DNA of 64,000 nt from an uncultured bacterium (GTDB taxonomy: Bacteria; Margulisbacteria; WOR-1; CAVSGV01): the NCBI GenBank assembly GCA_963768305.1, contig CAVYHE010000010.1, positions 43,997 through 107,996 on the forward strand, read 5' to 3'. The notes below the pieces were generated by a model. That model did not search any database, had not been told where the DNA came from, and worked only from the letters and a program-made list of their open reading frames with translations. Below, one piece after another: positions 10,231 to 21,671 of this stretch. Each line of letters begins with the position of its first letter. Position 1 is the stretch's first letter. A program made the position numbers and the translations under genes.

Positions 10231-11250
10231 ATGATGATAATCATGAGATCCGATGCGACCGACGAACAGATAAATCATGTGACCGATACATTGAAAAAAA
10301 TGGGTTTTGGAGTGCACCTGTCGCGCGGGGTGGAGCGGGCAATAATCGGCGCGATAGGGGACAAACGCACTGTTACCGTTGAGAACCTCCTTGTCCTCCC
10401 GGGCGTTGCGGATGTCGTTCCCATAAGGAAACCGTTCAAGCTTGTTTCGCGCGAATTCAAGAAAGAAGATACCGTTGTCAATATAGGCGGCGGAGTTCAT
10501 ATTGGAGCGTCCGCGCCAATATGCATCATTGCCGGGCCGTGCTCGGTCGAATCAAAGGACCAGATAGTCGAAACAGCCGAAGCGGTGAAAAAGGCCGGGG
10601 CGAAAGCCTTGCGCGGCGGGGCTTTCAAGCCAAGGACATCGCCTTATTCATTCCAGGGACTCGGAGAAGAGGGGTTAAAGTACCTTGCGGAAGCGAAAAA
10701 GAGAACGGGGCTTCCCATTGTCACGGAGGTAATGGATACCAGGGATGTTGACCTCGTGAAAAAATATGCCGATGTCCTTCAGATAGGCGCGAGGAACATG
10801 CAGAATTTCACTCTTTTGAAAGAAGTTGGCAAGGCGAAAAAGCCCGTTCTGCTGAAGCGCGGATCAGGAAGTTCAATAGAAGATCTTCTGATGGCGGCGG
10901 AATATGTCATATCGGAGGGCAACCGCGACATCATTTTATGCGAGAGAGGGATCAAGACCGCCGAAACATACACAAGGAACACCCTGGATCTGAATGCAAT
11001 CCCGGTCATCAAGAAACTGACGCATTTGCCTGTTATCGTTGACCCAAGCCACGGCATAGGCATTTGGGACCTTGTCCCGGCTATGGCGAAAGCATCCATC
11101 GCCGCGGGAGCCGACGGATTGATCATAGAAGTGCATCTCAAGCCGGAAGAGGCGCTGTCAGACGGCGCGCAATCGCTTAAGCCTGATAATTTTGAGCAGC
11201 TAATGAATGACCTGAAAAAAATAGCCGAGGCTATCGGAAGAAAATTCTGA
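10231..11250 (+). CDS. aroF: DAHP synthase class I-beta with N-terminal regulatory domain
   Basis: [35 protein letters not shown] and VDPSH. Confidence 0.95.
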   Translation: MMIIMRSDATDEQINHVTDTLKKMGFGVHLSRGVERAIIGAIGDKRTVTVENLLVLPGVADVVPIRKPFKLVSREFKKEDTVVNIGGGVHIGASAPICIIAGPCSVESKDQIVETAEAVKKAGAKALRGGAFKPRTSPYSFQGLGEEGLKYLAEAKKRTGLPIVTEVMDTRDVDLVKKYADVLQIGARNMQNFTLLKEVGKAKKPVLLKRGSGSSIEDLLMAAEYVISEGNRDIILCERGIKTAETYTRNTLDLNAIPVIKKLTHLPVIVDPSHGIGIWDLVPAMAKASIAAGADGLIIEVHLKPEEALSDGAQSLKPDNFEQLMNDLKKIAEAIGRKF

Positions 11251-12744
11251 ATGAAGATAAATCTTGCCGGATACAATCTTGACTCCGATGTCATAGAGGA
11301 ATTAAAAGCCCTGTCCCCCGGACGACTGGATGCTACGCCCGAGACCCTTTCAGCTTCCTATGCCCGCATAAGCAGGGATCCCAGATCAATAGACGAGCTC
11401 AGAAAAGCCGCGCGTCTGGAAGTGGAATCCGCCAGAAAATCCAACAAGACCATCATTTTCAAGATGGGCCATCATTCCGTCGCGGAGCACGCGGTCTTCA
11501 ATTTTGACATCATAGGGGTCTCAAGGCTCGCGATGGAATATCTGGAGCGCTTCAGGCTGTGTTCTTTCACGGAAAAATCCCAGCGCTACATCACTTTAGG
11601 AGGGGAGTACACGGTCCCCGAGGAGATCAGAAATTCCAGTTTTGCCAAGGAATTCAGGTCGATCATAGAACTTCAGAATGAGTTTTACCATCGATCCTAT
11701 GAAAAGCTGAAAGCTCATGTCTTTGCGAAGAACAGCGAACTCGCGAAGGATGAAAAGAACCATAATCTCCTTGAAGGATGGGCGAAAGAGGATGCCCGAT
11801 ACATCACTTCTCTGGCGACGGAAGGGCAGCTGGGCTTGACGGTCAATGCCAGGAACCTGGAGTTGATATTGAGGCGGTTCGCGTCAAATCCATATGCGGA
11901 GGTCAAAGAGATCGGCAGGGAGCTTTACAGATTGGCCACGGCGGTGGCGCCGTCCATACTACTTTTTACCGAAGCCAATGATTTTGACTCCAAGACATAT
12001 GATGAAATAGCAGCTGTGAAACCCGACGCTATAGTGTCGGTTATGAAAAAAAACAACCGAGACTTCAGTCTCGGGTTTGTAACTCTTGAGAATTATACAA
12101 AAAATGCCGATGACATCGTAGTTGCCGCACTTTTACATACGACATCGAACCTTTCATTTGCCGACTGCAGGAAAGCCGTCGGTAAAATGGCGCCTGTCAA
12201 AAAGAAAGATATCATCAAAGCTTCGATGAAAAGGATGGAATTCTATGATGCGACATTAAGGGAATTTGAGCTTATAGATATTACATATGATATGGTCATT
12301 TCCGCTTCATGTTTCGCGCAATTAAAACGCCACAGGACGGCCACTTTGACGGCTCAGGATTATGATCCGTCATTGGGGGTAACGATCCCCCAGGCGATCG
12401 TTGATGTCAAGCTTGATAAGGAATTCATGAGGATCGTGAAGATGACGGAAGATCTCTTCTACGAGATGGAATCAAAACTTGGCGGATGTGCGCAGTATAT
12501 ATTGACCAATGCCCACAGGAGGAGGGTCCTGATGGGCGTGAACGCGAGGGAGCTTTATCATATTTCCAGGCTAAGGGAAGACGCTCACGCGCAATGGGAC
12601 ATCCAGAATATCGCGGCCCAGATGGCCAGGCTGGCGAAAAAGAAAATGCCGCTCACATTCATGCTGATCGGCGGAAAAGATAAATATCCGGAGATATATA
12701 AGAAAGTTTATGGAGTCCTACCGAAATTGATCCCGCCGAAGTAA
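11251..12744 (+). CDS. thyX: Tandem-domain FAD-dependent thymidylate synthase
   Basis: GHHSVAEH, ERFRLCSFTEKSQRY, EDARY and NARNL, then a second repeat with QLKRHR and NARELYH..LR..HAQW. Confidence 0.85.
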   Translation: MKINLAGYNLDSDVIEELKALSPGRLDATPETLSASYARISRDPRSIDELRKAARLEVESARKSNKTIIFKMGHHSVAEHAVFNFDIIGVSRLAMEYLERFRLCSFTEKSQRYITLGGEYTVPEEIRNSSFAKEFRSIIELQNEFYHRSYEKLKAHVFAKNSELAKDEKNHNLLEGWAKEDARYITSLATEGQLGLTVNARNLELILRRFASNPYAEVKEIGRELYRLATAVAPSILLFTEANDFDSKTYDEIAAVKPDAIVSVMKKNNRDFSLGFVTLENYTKNADDIVVAALLHTTSNLSFADCRKAVGKMAPVKKKDIIKASMKRMEFYDATLREFELIDITYDMVISASCFAQLKRHRTATLTAQDYDPSLGVTIPQAIVDVKLDKEFMRIVKMTEDLFYEMESKLGGCAQYILTNAHRRRVLMGVNARELYHISRLREDAHAQWDIQNIAAQMARLAKKKMPLTFMLIGGKDKYPEIYKKVYGVLPKLIPPK

Positions 12745-12750
12745 TTCGAT

Positions 12751-13821
12751 TTATCTGCAAAGCCTCGCGATATTCTCGATCAGCTTTCCCATCCCGTCCT
12801 TTTTCAGGGCGGAAATGGCGACAGCGGGGGAATATTTCTTGATAAGGACTTTTGGATCGCCATTGTATTTGTCGATCTTGTTGAACACCGTTAGTATCGG
12901 CTTTGTGATAGCCGATAGGTCCTCAAGCACCTTGTAAGTCGCGTTTATCTGCCCGATGAAATTCGGGTTGGAAATATCGACTATATGTATCAGCAGGTCA
13001 GCTTCAGTCACCTCTTCAAGCGTCGCCTGGAAAGCTTCCACCAGATCGTGAGGCAAATTCTGGATAAATCCGACAGTATCGGTTAAAAGCACTTCTTTTT
13101 TATTCGGAAGCTTTAATATCCGCGTTACCGGATCAAGCGTTGCGAACAATTTGTCCTCCGCTGTCACGCCTGCGCCTGTCAAAGTATTGAGCAGCGTGGA
13201 TTTTCCCGCGTTCGTATAGCCCACTATGGCGGCAACGGTTATGTTCGACTGCCTTCTTCTTTCCCTTCTTACTCCTCTGTGGCGGCGAACATCTTCAAGT
13301 TCTTTTTTAAGCTGTGACAGTCGATCTCTGATCCTTCTTCGGTCCATTTCAAGCTTTGTTTCTCCCGGCCCCCTTGTGCCTATTCCGCCGCCCAGCCTTG
13401 AAAGCTCAACTCCTTTTCCAGTCAAATGGGTCAAAGTGTAATTGTCCTGCGCGAGCTCCACCTGAAGCTTTCCTTCGCGCGTATGCGCGTGCTGGGCAAA
13501 GATGTCCAGTATCAGGCCTGTCCGGTCGATAACTTTTAGCCCCAGCGCATTCTGAAGGTTCCTTACTTGAGAAGGGAAAAGGTCATTATTGAATATCACC
13601 AATTGAGCATCGGTCGAAGCACAGAGGGCCTTAAGCTCATCCACTTTTCCTTTGCCGATGTAGAATTTTACATCAGGCTTTTCCCTGGACTGCACAAGCT
13701 CTCCGACAGAATACGCTCCCGCGGTCTTTGCCAGCGCTTCCAGCTCCACCAAACCATAAGGGTCGATCTTTGACTTTTTGAGACTAACGTCTGCGAGGAC
13801 AGCGCTTTCCGGTTTCTTCAT
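12751..13821 (-). CDS. hflX: GTPase HflX
   Basis: GIGTRGPGETKLE, GYTNAGKSTL, LFATLD, DTVGFI and NKID. Confidence 0.95.
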   Translation of the reverse strand: MKKPESAVLADVSLKKSKIDPYGLVELEALAKTAGAYSVGELVQSREKPDVKFYIGKGKVDELKALCASTDAQLVIFNNDLFPSQVRNLQNALGLKVIDRTGLILDIFAQHAHTREGKLQVELAQDNYTLTHLTGKGVELSRLGGGIGTRGPGETKLEMDRRRIRDRLSQLKKELEDVRRHRGVRRERRRQSNITVAAIVGYTNAGKSTLLNTLTGAGVTAEDKLFATLDPVTRILKLPNKKEVLLTDTVGFIQNLPHDLVEAFQATLEEVTEADLLIHIVDISNPNFIGQINATYKVLEDLSAITKPILTVFNKIDKYNGDPKVLIKKYSPAVAISALKKDGMGKLIENIARLCR

Positions 13822-14805
13822 TCTTCCTTCATTTCGCGCTGCATCAGGGAGGAAAAAGCCTTGAAAGGGTTTTTGCCTTCATATATAACGGAGTAAACTT
13901 CCTCTGTTATCGGCATTTCTATCTTTAATTTTCTTGATATTTCCCTTGCCGCCTTTGACGTGGGAACGCCTTCGGCGACATCATACATTTTTGTCACGAT
14001 GTCATTAAAGTGTTTTCCCTGCGCTATTTCCATTCCCACATGATGGTTCCTTGATAATGTGCTGGAGCAGGTGGTAATCAGGTCGCCTATACCGGACAGG
14101 CCATTAAATGTTTCCGCCTTTCCGCCCATTGCTACTCCAAGCCTTTTTATCTCCGCTATTCCCCGTACCATCAGAGCGGACTTCGCGTTATTCCCGAACA
14201 TCAGGCCGTCACCAACTCCTGCAGCTATCGCGATTATATTTTTTAACGCGCCCCCGAGCTCAACGCCGGTAACATCCGTGTTCACATAGACCCTGAACCT
14301 TCCGTTGTTAAGGACCATTCTGGACGAATTTTGCAATGTCGATATTTTTTGAGGCCGCCACGGCGGCAGCCGGCAGGCCCCTGGCTATCTCTTTTGAAAT
14401 GTTCGGCCCGGATATCACGGCTATGTTATCGCATGGAAGTTCTTCTTTTATCACTTCGGTCATTCTTTTTTGGGTCTCTATCTCCAGCCCTTTCACCGCG
14501 CTTATGATGACCGCGTCTTTTTTAACGTGTTTTGCCGCGTTCTTAAGAGTTCTCCTTAAATACTGCGAAGGCGTGGCGATTATCAGGACCTCATTTGCGC
14601 ATGCTTTTATGATGTCGCCTGTAGCGTCGATACCGCTCGGAAGCTGGAAACCGTTCAGATATTTTTTGTTCTCCCTGAATTCATTGATACTTTTTGCCAC
14701 ATCATCTTCAAAGGACCAAATCGTTACAGTGTGGCCATTTTCGGCCGCCAGTATCGATAAAGTGGTCCCCCAGGCGCCGGCTCCGATCACGGAAATTTTC
14801 GACAA
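13818..14805 (-). CDS. gpsA: NAD(P)H glycerol-3-phosphate dehydrogenase (frameshift near 14320)
   Basis: GAGAWGT, SAVKGLE, SGPN, then GVELGGALKN, GIGDLITTC..SRN and VAEG. Confidence 0.93.
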
Positions 14806-14806
14806 A

Positions 14807-15418
14807 TTATTTATTCCCCCATATCTTCGATTCAGTGCCGGCCATCAATCGTCTGATATTAGGTATGTGTTTGTAGATAACAAGTAGAGCGACGATGGCA
14901 GTGGCTATCGAATATTCGATAGGCTTGTGATATGCGAACATCAGGATCGACAGCAGAATAACGCCTGTTATCGATGCTACAGAAACATATCTTGTGACCG
15001 CGATCGCTATTGCCACGTAGATCAACGCGATCAGGAAAAGATCGGGCGCTATCCCCGCCAGAACGCCAAGGCTGGTTGCCGCCCCTTTGCCGCCCTTAAA
15101 TCCCAGATATAAAGGGAACATGTGTCCGATCACCGCGGCCAGACCAGACAGGACTATAAAGGTTTCTTTTGATAATAAGGGAGGCGATGCGGGGAGCATA
15201 AGCTGCGCCAGATATATTGAAGCGGTGCCTTTGAGCAGATCCAGAAGGAACACCAGCGATGCGGGGATCACACCAAGAGACCTGTAAATATTCGTGGCGC
15301 CTATGTTGCCGCTTCCGACCTTTCTGATGTCAACGCCGGCCAGCCTGGAAATGATAACTCCGAAAGGAATGGAACCGATCAAGTAGCCCAAGAGTACCGG
15401 GAGCAGAGAATTAAGCAT
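14807..15418 (-). CDS. plsY: Glycerol-3-phosphate acyltransferase PlsY
   Basis: GSIPFG, GSGNIGATN, FKGGKGAAT and KHIPNIRRL..GTE. Confidence 0.95.
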   Translation of the reverse strand: MLNSLLPVLLGYLIGSIPFGVIISRLAGVDIRKVGSGNIGATNIYRSLGVIPASLVFLLDLLKGTASIYLAQLMLPASPPLLSKETFIVLSGLAAVIGHMFPLYLGFKGGKGAATSLGVLAGIAPDLFLIALIYVAIAIAVTRYVSVASITGVILLSILMFAYHKPIEYSIATAIVALLVIYKHIPNIRRLMAGTESKIWGNK

Positions 15419-15499
15419 AATGCCTGATTTTACGATACCTTGGGAGCGGTTTCAACCCGCATTATATGATAGAATACCGCTCAAAAGGGGTGATTATTC

Positions 15500-15766
15500 A
15501 TGCCAAGAAAGACAAGTTCCGAGCCGGGATGGGATGAGATAGGGAAGATGGTGGGGAAAAAGATGGAGAAGATGAATGATAAGGAATGCTGCGGCGGGTG
15601 GCACAAGTACATGTTCAAGAGGCATCACACAGACGGCGGCTTTTTCGGTCGTTTGCTGTTCGCGATAGGCATGCTGATATTGCTGACCACGATGGGAGTA
15701 ATTCACGGCGTGGCAACCTGGGTCCTGGTCCTGATTGGCGCAGGGTTTGCGCTGATGAAGTTTTAG
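15500..15766 (+). CDS. Small hypothetical membrane protein (two TM helices)
   Basis: GGGG SD-like sequence upstream and two C-terminal hydrophobic helices. Confidence 0.6.
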   Translation: MPRKTSSEPGWDEIGKMVGKKMEKMNDKECCGGWHKYMFKRHHTDGGFFGRLLFAIGMLILLTTMGVIHGVATWVLVLIGAGFALMKF

Positions 15767-15781
15767 AGAAAGGCGGGTAAC

Positions 15782-17375
15782 ATGAAGATCGCGCTTGCCC
15801 AAATAAACCCTACCGTCGGCGCGCTTGAGAATAACGCGACGAAGATCATCGAATATATCGGAAAAGCAAAAGCTCAAGGCGCGGACCTGGCCGTCTTTCC
15901 GGAGCTCGCGATAACCGGATATCCTCCCGAAGACCTTCTCCTTAAGCCTCAGTTCATTATTGACAACCTTGATGCACTAAAAATGATTGTAAAAGCGTCC
16001 AAAGGCATAGGCGTGTATATCGGCTTTGTCGATAAGGCGGGAAAGGATCTGTTCAATGCCGGAGCTTTTATCGATAACGGAAAAGTCGTCAAAATATACC
16101 ACAAGAACAACCTTCCAAATTATGGTGTTTTCGACGAAAAAAGATATTTTACGGAAGGCGATAAGCCTGGCGATAGTTAAATTCAGAGGCATCAATATCG
16201 GCCTCGGCATTTGCGAAGACATCTGGGTGGAAGACGGGCCTTATAAGGCAGAGGCAAAGGCGAAGGCAAAGGTATTCCTCAATATCAACGCTTCTCCATA
16301 TCATGTCGGGAAGATAAACGACAGGGAAAAGATACTGAAGAAAAGAGCGGTCAGCACAAAAGCACGCATTATATATGTAAACATGGTAGGCGGGCAGGAT
16401 GAGCTTGTTTTTGACGGCGGCAGCATGGTATTGAACAGCAAAGGAAAAGTTATCGCACGAGCTTCGCAGTATAAGGAAGAGATTCCTTATTATCGACGAA
16501 ACCGGGGGTAAAATGATACCAAAGCTTGATCCTCTTTCGGAGATATATGAAACCTTGATAATGGGCGTGCGCGATTATGTGGAAAAGAATAAATTCGGCG
16601 GCGTGATAATCGGCATTTCCGGCGGGATCGATTCGGCGCTAACGGCTGCCATCGCATGCGACGCGCTCGGGAAAAGAAAAAGTTCATACAATTTTCATGC
16701 CGTCAGATTTCACGTCCCCCCAAAGCCACGATGATTCCGTTCACGGTTACGAAAAATCTGGGAATTAAAATGGACATCATACCTATCAAGGACATCTTTT
16801 CGCAGTATCTTGCGACTTTGGAGCCGAATTTCAAGGGAAGATCCCCGGATATCACCGAAGAGAACCTACAGGCAAGGATCAGGGGCAATATCCTCATGGC
16901 CTTATCGAATAAATTCGGATGGCTGGTACTCAGCACGGGAAATAAATCGGAAGTATCCACGGGATATTGCACTTTATACGGCGACATGGCCGGCGGATTC
17001 AACATTTTGAAGGATATCCCAAAGGTCATGGTGTACAAGCTGGCTAATTGGAGAAATAAAAACAAGGTCGTTATTCCTCAGTCGATAATCGACAGGGCGC
17101 CGACCGCTGAGTTAAAGCCCCACCAGAAGGACCAGGATACGCTTCCACCTTATGAAACGCTTGATAAGATCATCACGCTTTATGTGGAAGAGAACAAAAG
17201 CGTGAGGCAGATCGCCGCGATGGGGATTGATAAGTCCGTTGCCGCAAAAGTCGCCTCGATGATCGACAGGTCTGAATACAAAAGGCGTCAGTCAGCGCCG
17301 GGAATAAGGATAACATCCCGAGCGTTCGGCAAGGATTGGAGACTGCCTATTACAAACAGTTATTCCTCGCAATAA
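15782..17375 (+). CDS. nadE: Glutamine-dependent NAD+ synthetase (several apparent frameshifts)
   Basis: Nitrilase domain ([30 protein letters not shown]) and synthetase domain ([31 protein letters not shown]). Confidence 0.92.
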
Positions 17376-17380
17376 TCCTG

Positions 17381-17415
17381 TTTACAAAATTGTATATATC
17401 TGATACAATATTGTA
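17381..17415 (+). promoter_or_regulatory. sigma70 promoter overlapped by two palindromic operator boxes
   Basis: TTTACA(17381)-N17-TACAAT(17404) with TG extension. Boxes are TACAAAATTGTA at 17383-17394 and TACAATATTGTA at 17404-17415. Confidence 0.7.
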
Positions 17416-17418
17416 TAT

Positions 17419-18934
17419 ATGAGCACAGTTTTAGATATCCGCGTAAAAGTACTTGTCGAAATAAGCGAGGCGCTCGCTTCTGCGCTCGACCTTGAAAAAG
17501 CGCTGGATTCCATATTAAAGGTCCTTTCTGATTCGCTTGAAATGCAAAGAGGCACTATCACTCTTGTTGATCCCCGCACAAATGAACTGCACATCGAAGT
17601 CGCTCACGGCCTGACAAAAGAAGAAAAGGAGAGAGGACGCTACAAGATAGGCGAGGGCATAACCGGGAAAGTGGTGGAAACCGGCCAGCTGATGGTTGTA
17701 AAGGACATCGGGGCAGATCCTTCCTTTTTGAACAGGACAAAAGCCAGAGAGCTTGAGCAGAGAAAATTCGCGTTCCTCTGCGTTCCCATAAAAGTCGGGA
17801 ATAAAATAATCGGCGCGCTGTCAGTGGACCATCTTTTCAAGGATGACGTTTCTTATGAAGAGGATGTGAAGCTTCTTACGATAATCGCCTCAATGGTCGG
17901 CCAGGCGGTAACTATCAGAAAACTGGCCGAAGCGGACAAGCAGGCGGTCATTTCCGAGAACATCAAATTGAGAAAAGAATTGAAGGGAAAATATAATTTT
18001 GACAACATCGTTTATAATTCTCCCGCGATGGACACAGTGCTTATGGCCGTTACGCAGGTGGCGGAAAGTTCGGCAAATGTCCTTCTTCGCGGCGAATCGG
18101 GCACCGGGAAAGAATTGATCGCTTCAGCCATCCATTATGCCAGTGGAAGGGCAAAAAAACCGCTCATAAAAGTCGCGTGCGCGGCGCTTCCCGAAAATCT
18201 CCTTGAATCGGAGCTCTTCGGGTATGAAAGAGGAGCTTTTACCGGCGCGATCGAAAGAAAGCTCGGCCGTTTTGAACTGGCAAATTACGGGACCATCTTT
18301 CTGGATGAAATAGGGGATCTGGCCATTTCCACCCAGGTAAAGCTCCTTCGCGTCATTCAGGAAAGGGAGATAGAGCGTTTGGGCGGAACGCAGACAATAA
18401 AAGTGGATGTCAGGGTGATCTGCGCTACTCACAGGAACCTTGAGGAAATGGTAAAGCAGGGAAAATTCCGCGAGGACCTGTTTTATAGGATTAATGTTTT
18501 CCCCATAACCATTCCGCCTCTCAGGGACAGAAAAGAGGATATTCCCGCGCTGGTGGACCATTTCATTGAAATATTCAACAAAGAGAACAAGAAAAAAATA
18601 AAAGGCATAAATAGGGCCGCGCTGGACATGCTTATGGCTCATGACTGGCCGGGAAATGTCAGGGAACTGGAGAATGTGGTGGAAAGAGCCCTGGTGCTTT
18701 GCAGGAAAGACATGATCACTGTGCACGAACTTTCGTCAAATCTTCACAGGGGCGATGAAGCGGCTGGTCCCTGCCGCAGGGGCCACTTTGCCGGAGATCG
18801 TCGAATCGATTGAGAAACAAAAGATCAGCGAAGCCCTGAAAAAATATAAGACCCGAAAACAGGCCGCGAAAGCCCTTGGAATAACCGAAAGAATGCTTGG
18901 TTACAAGATCCAAATATACAAAATTGTAGATTAA
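17419..18934 (+). CDS. NifA-like sigma54-dependent activator (GAF-AAA+-Fis HTH); frameshift near 18780
   Basis: N-terminal GAF, GESGTGKE, ESELFG.ERGAFTGA, FLDEIG and WPGNVRELEN. The HTH TRKQAAKALGITERMLGYKI is in another frame ending TAA at 18934. Confidence 0.9.
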
Positions 18935-19005
18935 ATTTTAAACATGCATACAAATTTGTAATACCCGCTCTCAAATGATCCCTGAAATACGGCCACAAAA
19001 TTGCT
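18917..19005 (+). promoter_or_regulatory. Paired activator boxes plus sigma54 -24/-12 promoter
   Basis: TACAAAATTGTA at 18917, TACAAATTTGTA at 18949, and CGGCCACAAAATTGCT (GG 18991-N10-GC 19003). Confidence 0.75.
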
Positions 19006-19056
19006 CCCTAATAAGCTGAACGCGTCAGCAAAGGATTAAATAAAGGGGGCAATATC

Positions 19057-19771
19057 ATGAAGTTAAAAAAATATGTTTTAAGTTTGGCATTTATTTTGGC
19101 TGTTTCAGTGTCTTGTTTTGCGACTCCATCAAGCGCAGATATGGAATCCTTCCACGGATATCCAATCTGCGGGGACATGGCATCTTGGGATAGACAATTA
19201 TTTCACACTGGCCTGGCCTCAGAGCGGCGGCACGGCATTCCCGACGGACGTGAATCTAACTTACGGGGCATTGCCGGGGGTGGAGGTTGGAGTTGATTCT
19301 TTTTCGCCAAGCTCAAATCAGTTCACATTCAATGCCAAATACGGCGTTGCCGAGAACGGAAATATTCCGGCATACTCGATAGGGGTATTTAATTTCGGAT
19401 TTGACACGCTTGATGGCGTAAAGAGCGCGGACCAGAATATAGTTTACGGGCTTGTTTCAAAGGTGTTCGGATTTGGAAGGATTTCAACAGGGTATTATTC
19501 GGGCAACAAGGATGTGCTAGTGGATGAATTCGGCGATGCGCAGAACACCGGCTTTATTTTTACATGGGATAAGAAGCTGACGGATAAGTTCTGGGCCTGT
19601 GTCGATTATGCTTCCGGATATTCTGCCAATGGAGCCGCATTCTATGGATTTTCTTACGCGTTCGCTCCGAACACATCCGTGCTATTCGGTTACGGGACGT
19701 TCAATAATGAAAATGCTCCTGGAGCAAGCAAAAATCCGGTCGTAACGACTCAGCTGGATATCAATATATAA
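19057..19771 (+). CDS. Putative small outer-membrane beta-barrel/porin (frameshift near 19135)
   Basis: Signal peptide MKLKKYVLSLAFILAVSVSCFA, aromatic-rich alternating strands, C-terminus TTQLDINI. Confidence 0.6.
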
Positions 19772-19783
19772 AATAAAAAGGAG

Positions 19784-21657
19784 ATGATCAATATGAACGG
19801 CGAGAGAGCAGATTCGGCAAAACTGGTAAAGCCTACATTAGGATTAATGGGCGCGGCAATGAACGCGATGGCTCTGATAGCTCCCGGCGCGTTCCTGTGG
19901 ATCACTTATCAGATGCAGGCCTCGGCAACGGCGCCGAACGGGGCGTCTGTGGCAAGCGATATTTGGGCCGGGATCGTTCTGGCTTTGATAGTCGCTTTTC
20001 TCACGGCAATTTCATATTCCGAATTGGCAAAAATATATCCTGAAGCGGGTTTTGCAAGCGTGACGTATTTTGCTGAAAAAGCTTTCCTTGACCGTGAAGG
20101 CGCGAAAAGATCAGCCCCAGCCTCTCTGGCAAGATTCGCGAAACTTGTTACTGGCTGGGCGGCTCACCTGTTCTATTGGGTATACCCAGGCATCATGGTC
20201 GCCATGATGGCGAATCTTGTCGGCTACATATTCGCTCAACTGACGGGCCATACATTATCTGTCATTGCACTCACTATCATTGGCGTAGCATTTACGGCAT
20301 TGGCCGGATATATTGCATATCGCGGGGTCACCGGTTCCACAAAAACCTCGGTATGGATCAATGTTATTCAATGGGTGACGCTTATCATCTTCAGCGGACT
20401 GGCTATCTGGTACCGCCTGGCTAACCCTGCAAGGCATTACTGTTTGGGCTTTCAGCAATGCCTGGGACGTTGTTAGACCTCATACCTTGAATGGAGTTTT
20501 AGTGCAATCAACTCTCGCGATATTGATTTTGGTCGGATTTGAAAGCTGTACGGCTCTGGCCGCTGAAACGAAAGAACCGGGAAAGACCTTGCCCAAAGCC
20601 ATCATCATTTCTCTTATTGTGCAAGGGCTGATCGCTTATCTTCTTGAGTATTTCGCGGCAGGCGCGATGATAGGAGATAAGCTGGTGAACGGAAAAGTTT
20701 CCGGCATGGCCGCGGCCGCGGCTTCAGCCGCCCCGATTGGCGACCTTGCCAAGCTCATCGGCAACAGCCTCCTCGGTGGCATCGGATTCGGGTTAATGAT
20801 AACAATGGCGATCACTGTCGCGATAGCCATTATCGGAACGACATTGAGCTGCATGAACACCGCCATGAGAATAAGCGCGGGCATGGCGGAGGACAGGGAG
20901 CTTCCCACGATGATGGGCTACATGTCCAGAAAATTCGGGACGCCCCACATGTCTCTTTTAATGTTGATATTGGTCTCGTCAATGATAGCCGCGGTCGGCG
21001 TAAGGTCGGTCATTGGATTAACGGGCATAACTCTCGCGTCGAACCTTGGCACTTTTATCCTTTACGGATTGACGTGCATATGGACAATTGTGGCGTTCAA
21101 AAGCAGGATGGATTTCAATTTTTTGAAACACGGGATAATTCCTTTCTTCGGCGTAATAACGAACATCATCATGGCGGTCGCCATAGTTTATCTTTATGCG
21201 ATCGGAAATGCGGACGCGAAAGCCGAAGCGGATATCTGCTTCCTTATCGCGGGCGGATGGGGGCTTATCAGCATTGCTTATATTGTGCTTACCAGCGTGA
21301 AAAGATCATACAGCCTTAAAATGGTCTCCGCCATGATCCGTCCGGAATCGTTGGACGCTCTGGTGGATGTTCTCCAGGATGAAGATCTGATCCTCGGAAT
21401 GACAGTAACAAAAGTAAAAGGATTCGGCAGGCAGAAAGGCAAAATAGACGGCGCCGAGCCTATCAATGACAAAATATCATTTATCCCAAAATTAAGCGTT
21501 GATCTTGTAGTGAATGACTGGGATGCTCCGGAGGTAATGAAGATAATGAGGGATGCATTGTTCACAGGAAATATCGGCGACGGAAAAATATTCGTAATAG
21601 ACGCGGCTGGATGCCATGAGGATAAGGACAGGCGAGCGCGGCGTATTAGCCGTCTAA
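19784..21657 (+). CDS. APC-family amino-acid permease fused to a C-terminal PII domain (apparent frameshifts near 20430 and 21605)
   Basis: APC motifs (MALIAPGA, SYSELAKIYPEAG, LVGFES..AAETKEP) run in frame into [34 protein letters not shown], then (shifted) AMRIRTGERG*. Confidence 0.8.
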
Positions 21658-21671
21658 AGGAGGAGGATTAT

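Noticed and set aside
17419..18934. Calling the activator nifA and inferring nitrogen fixation
   Set aside because: No nif structural genes are in the window, and the paired upstream boxes do not match TGT-N10-ACA.
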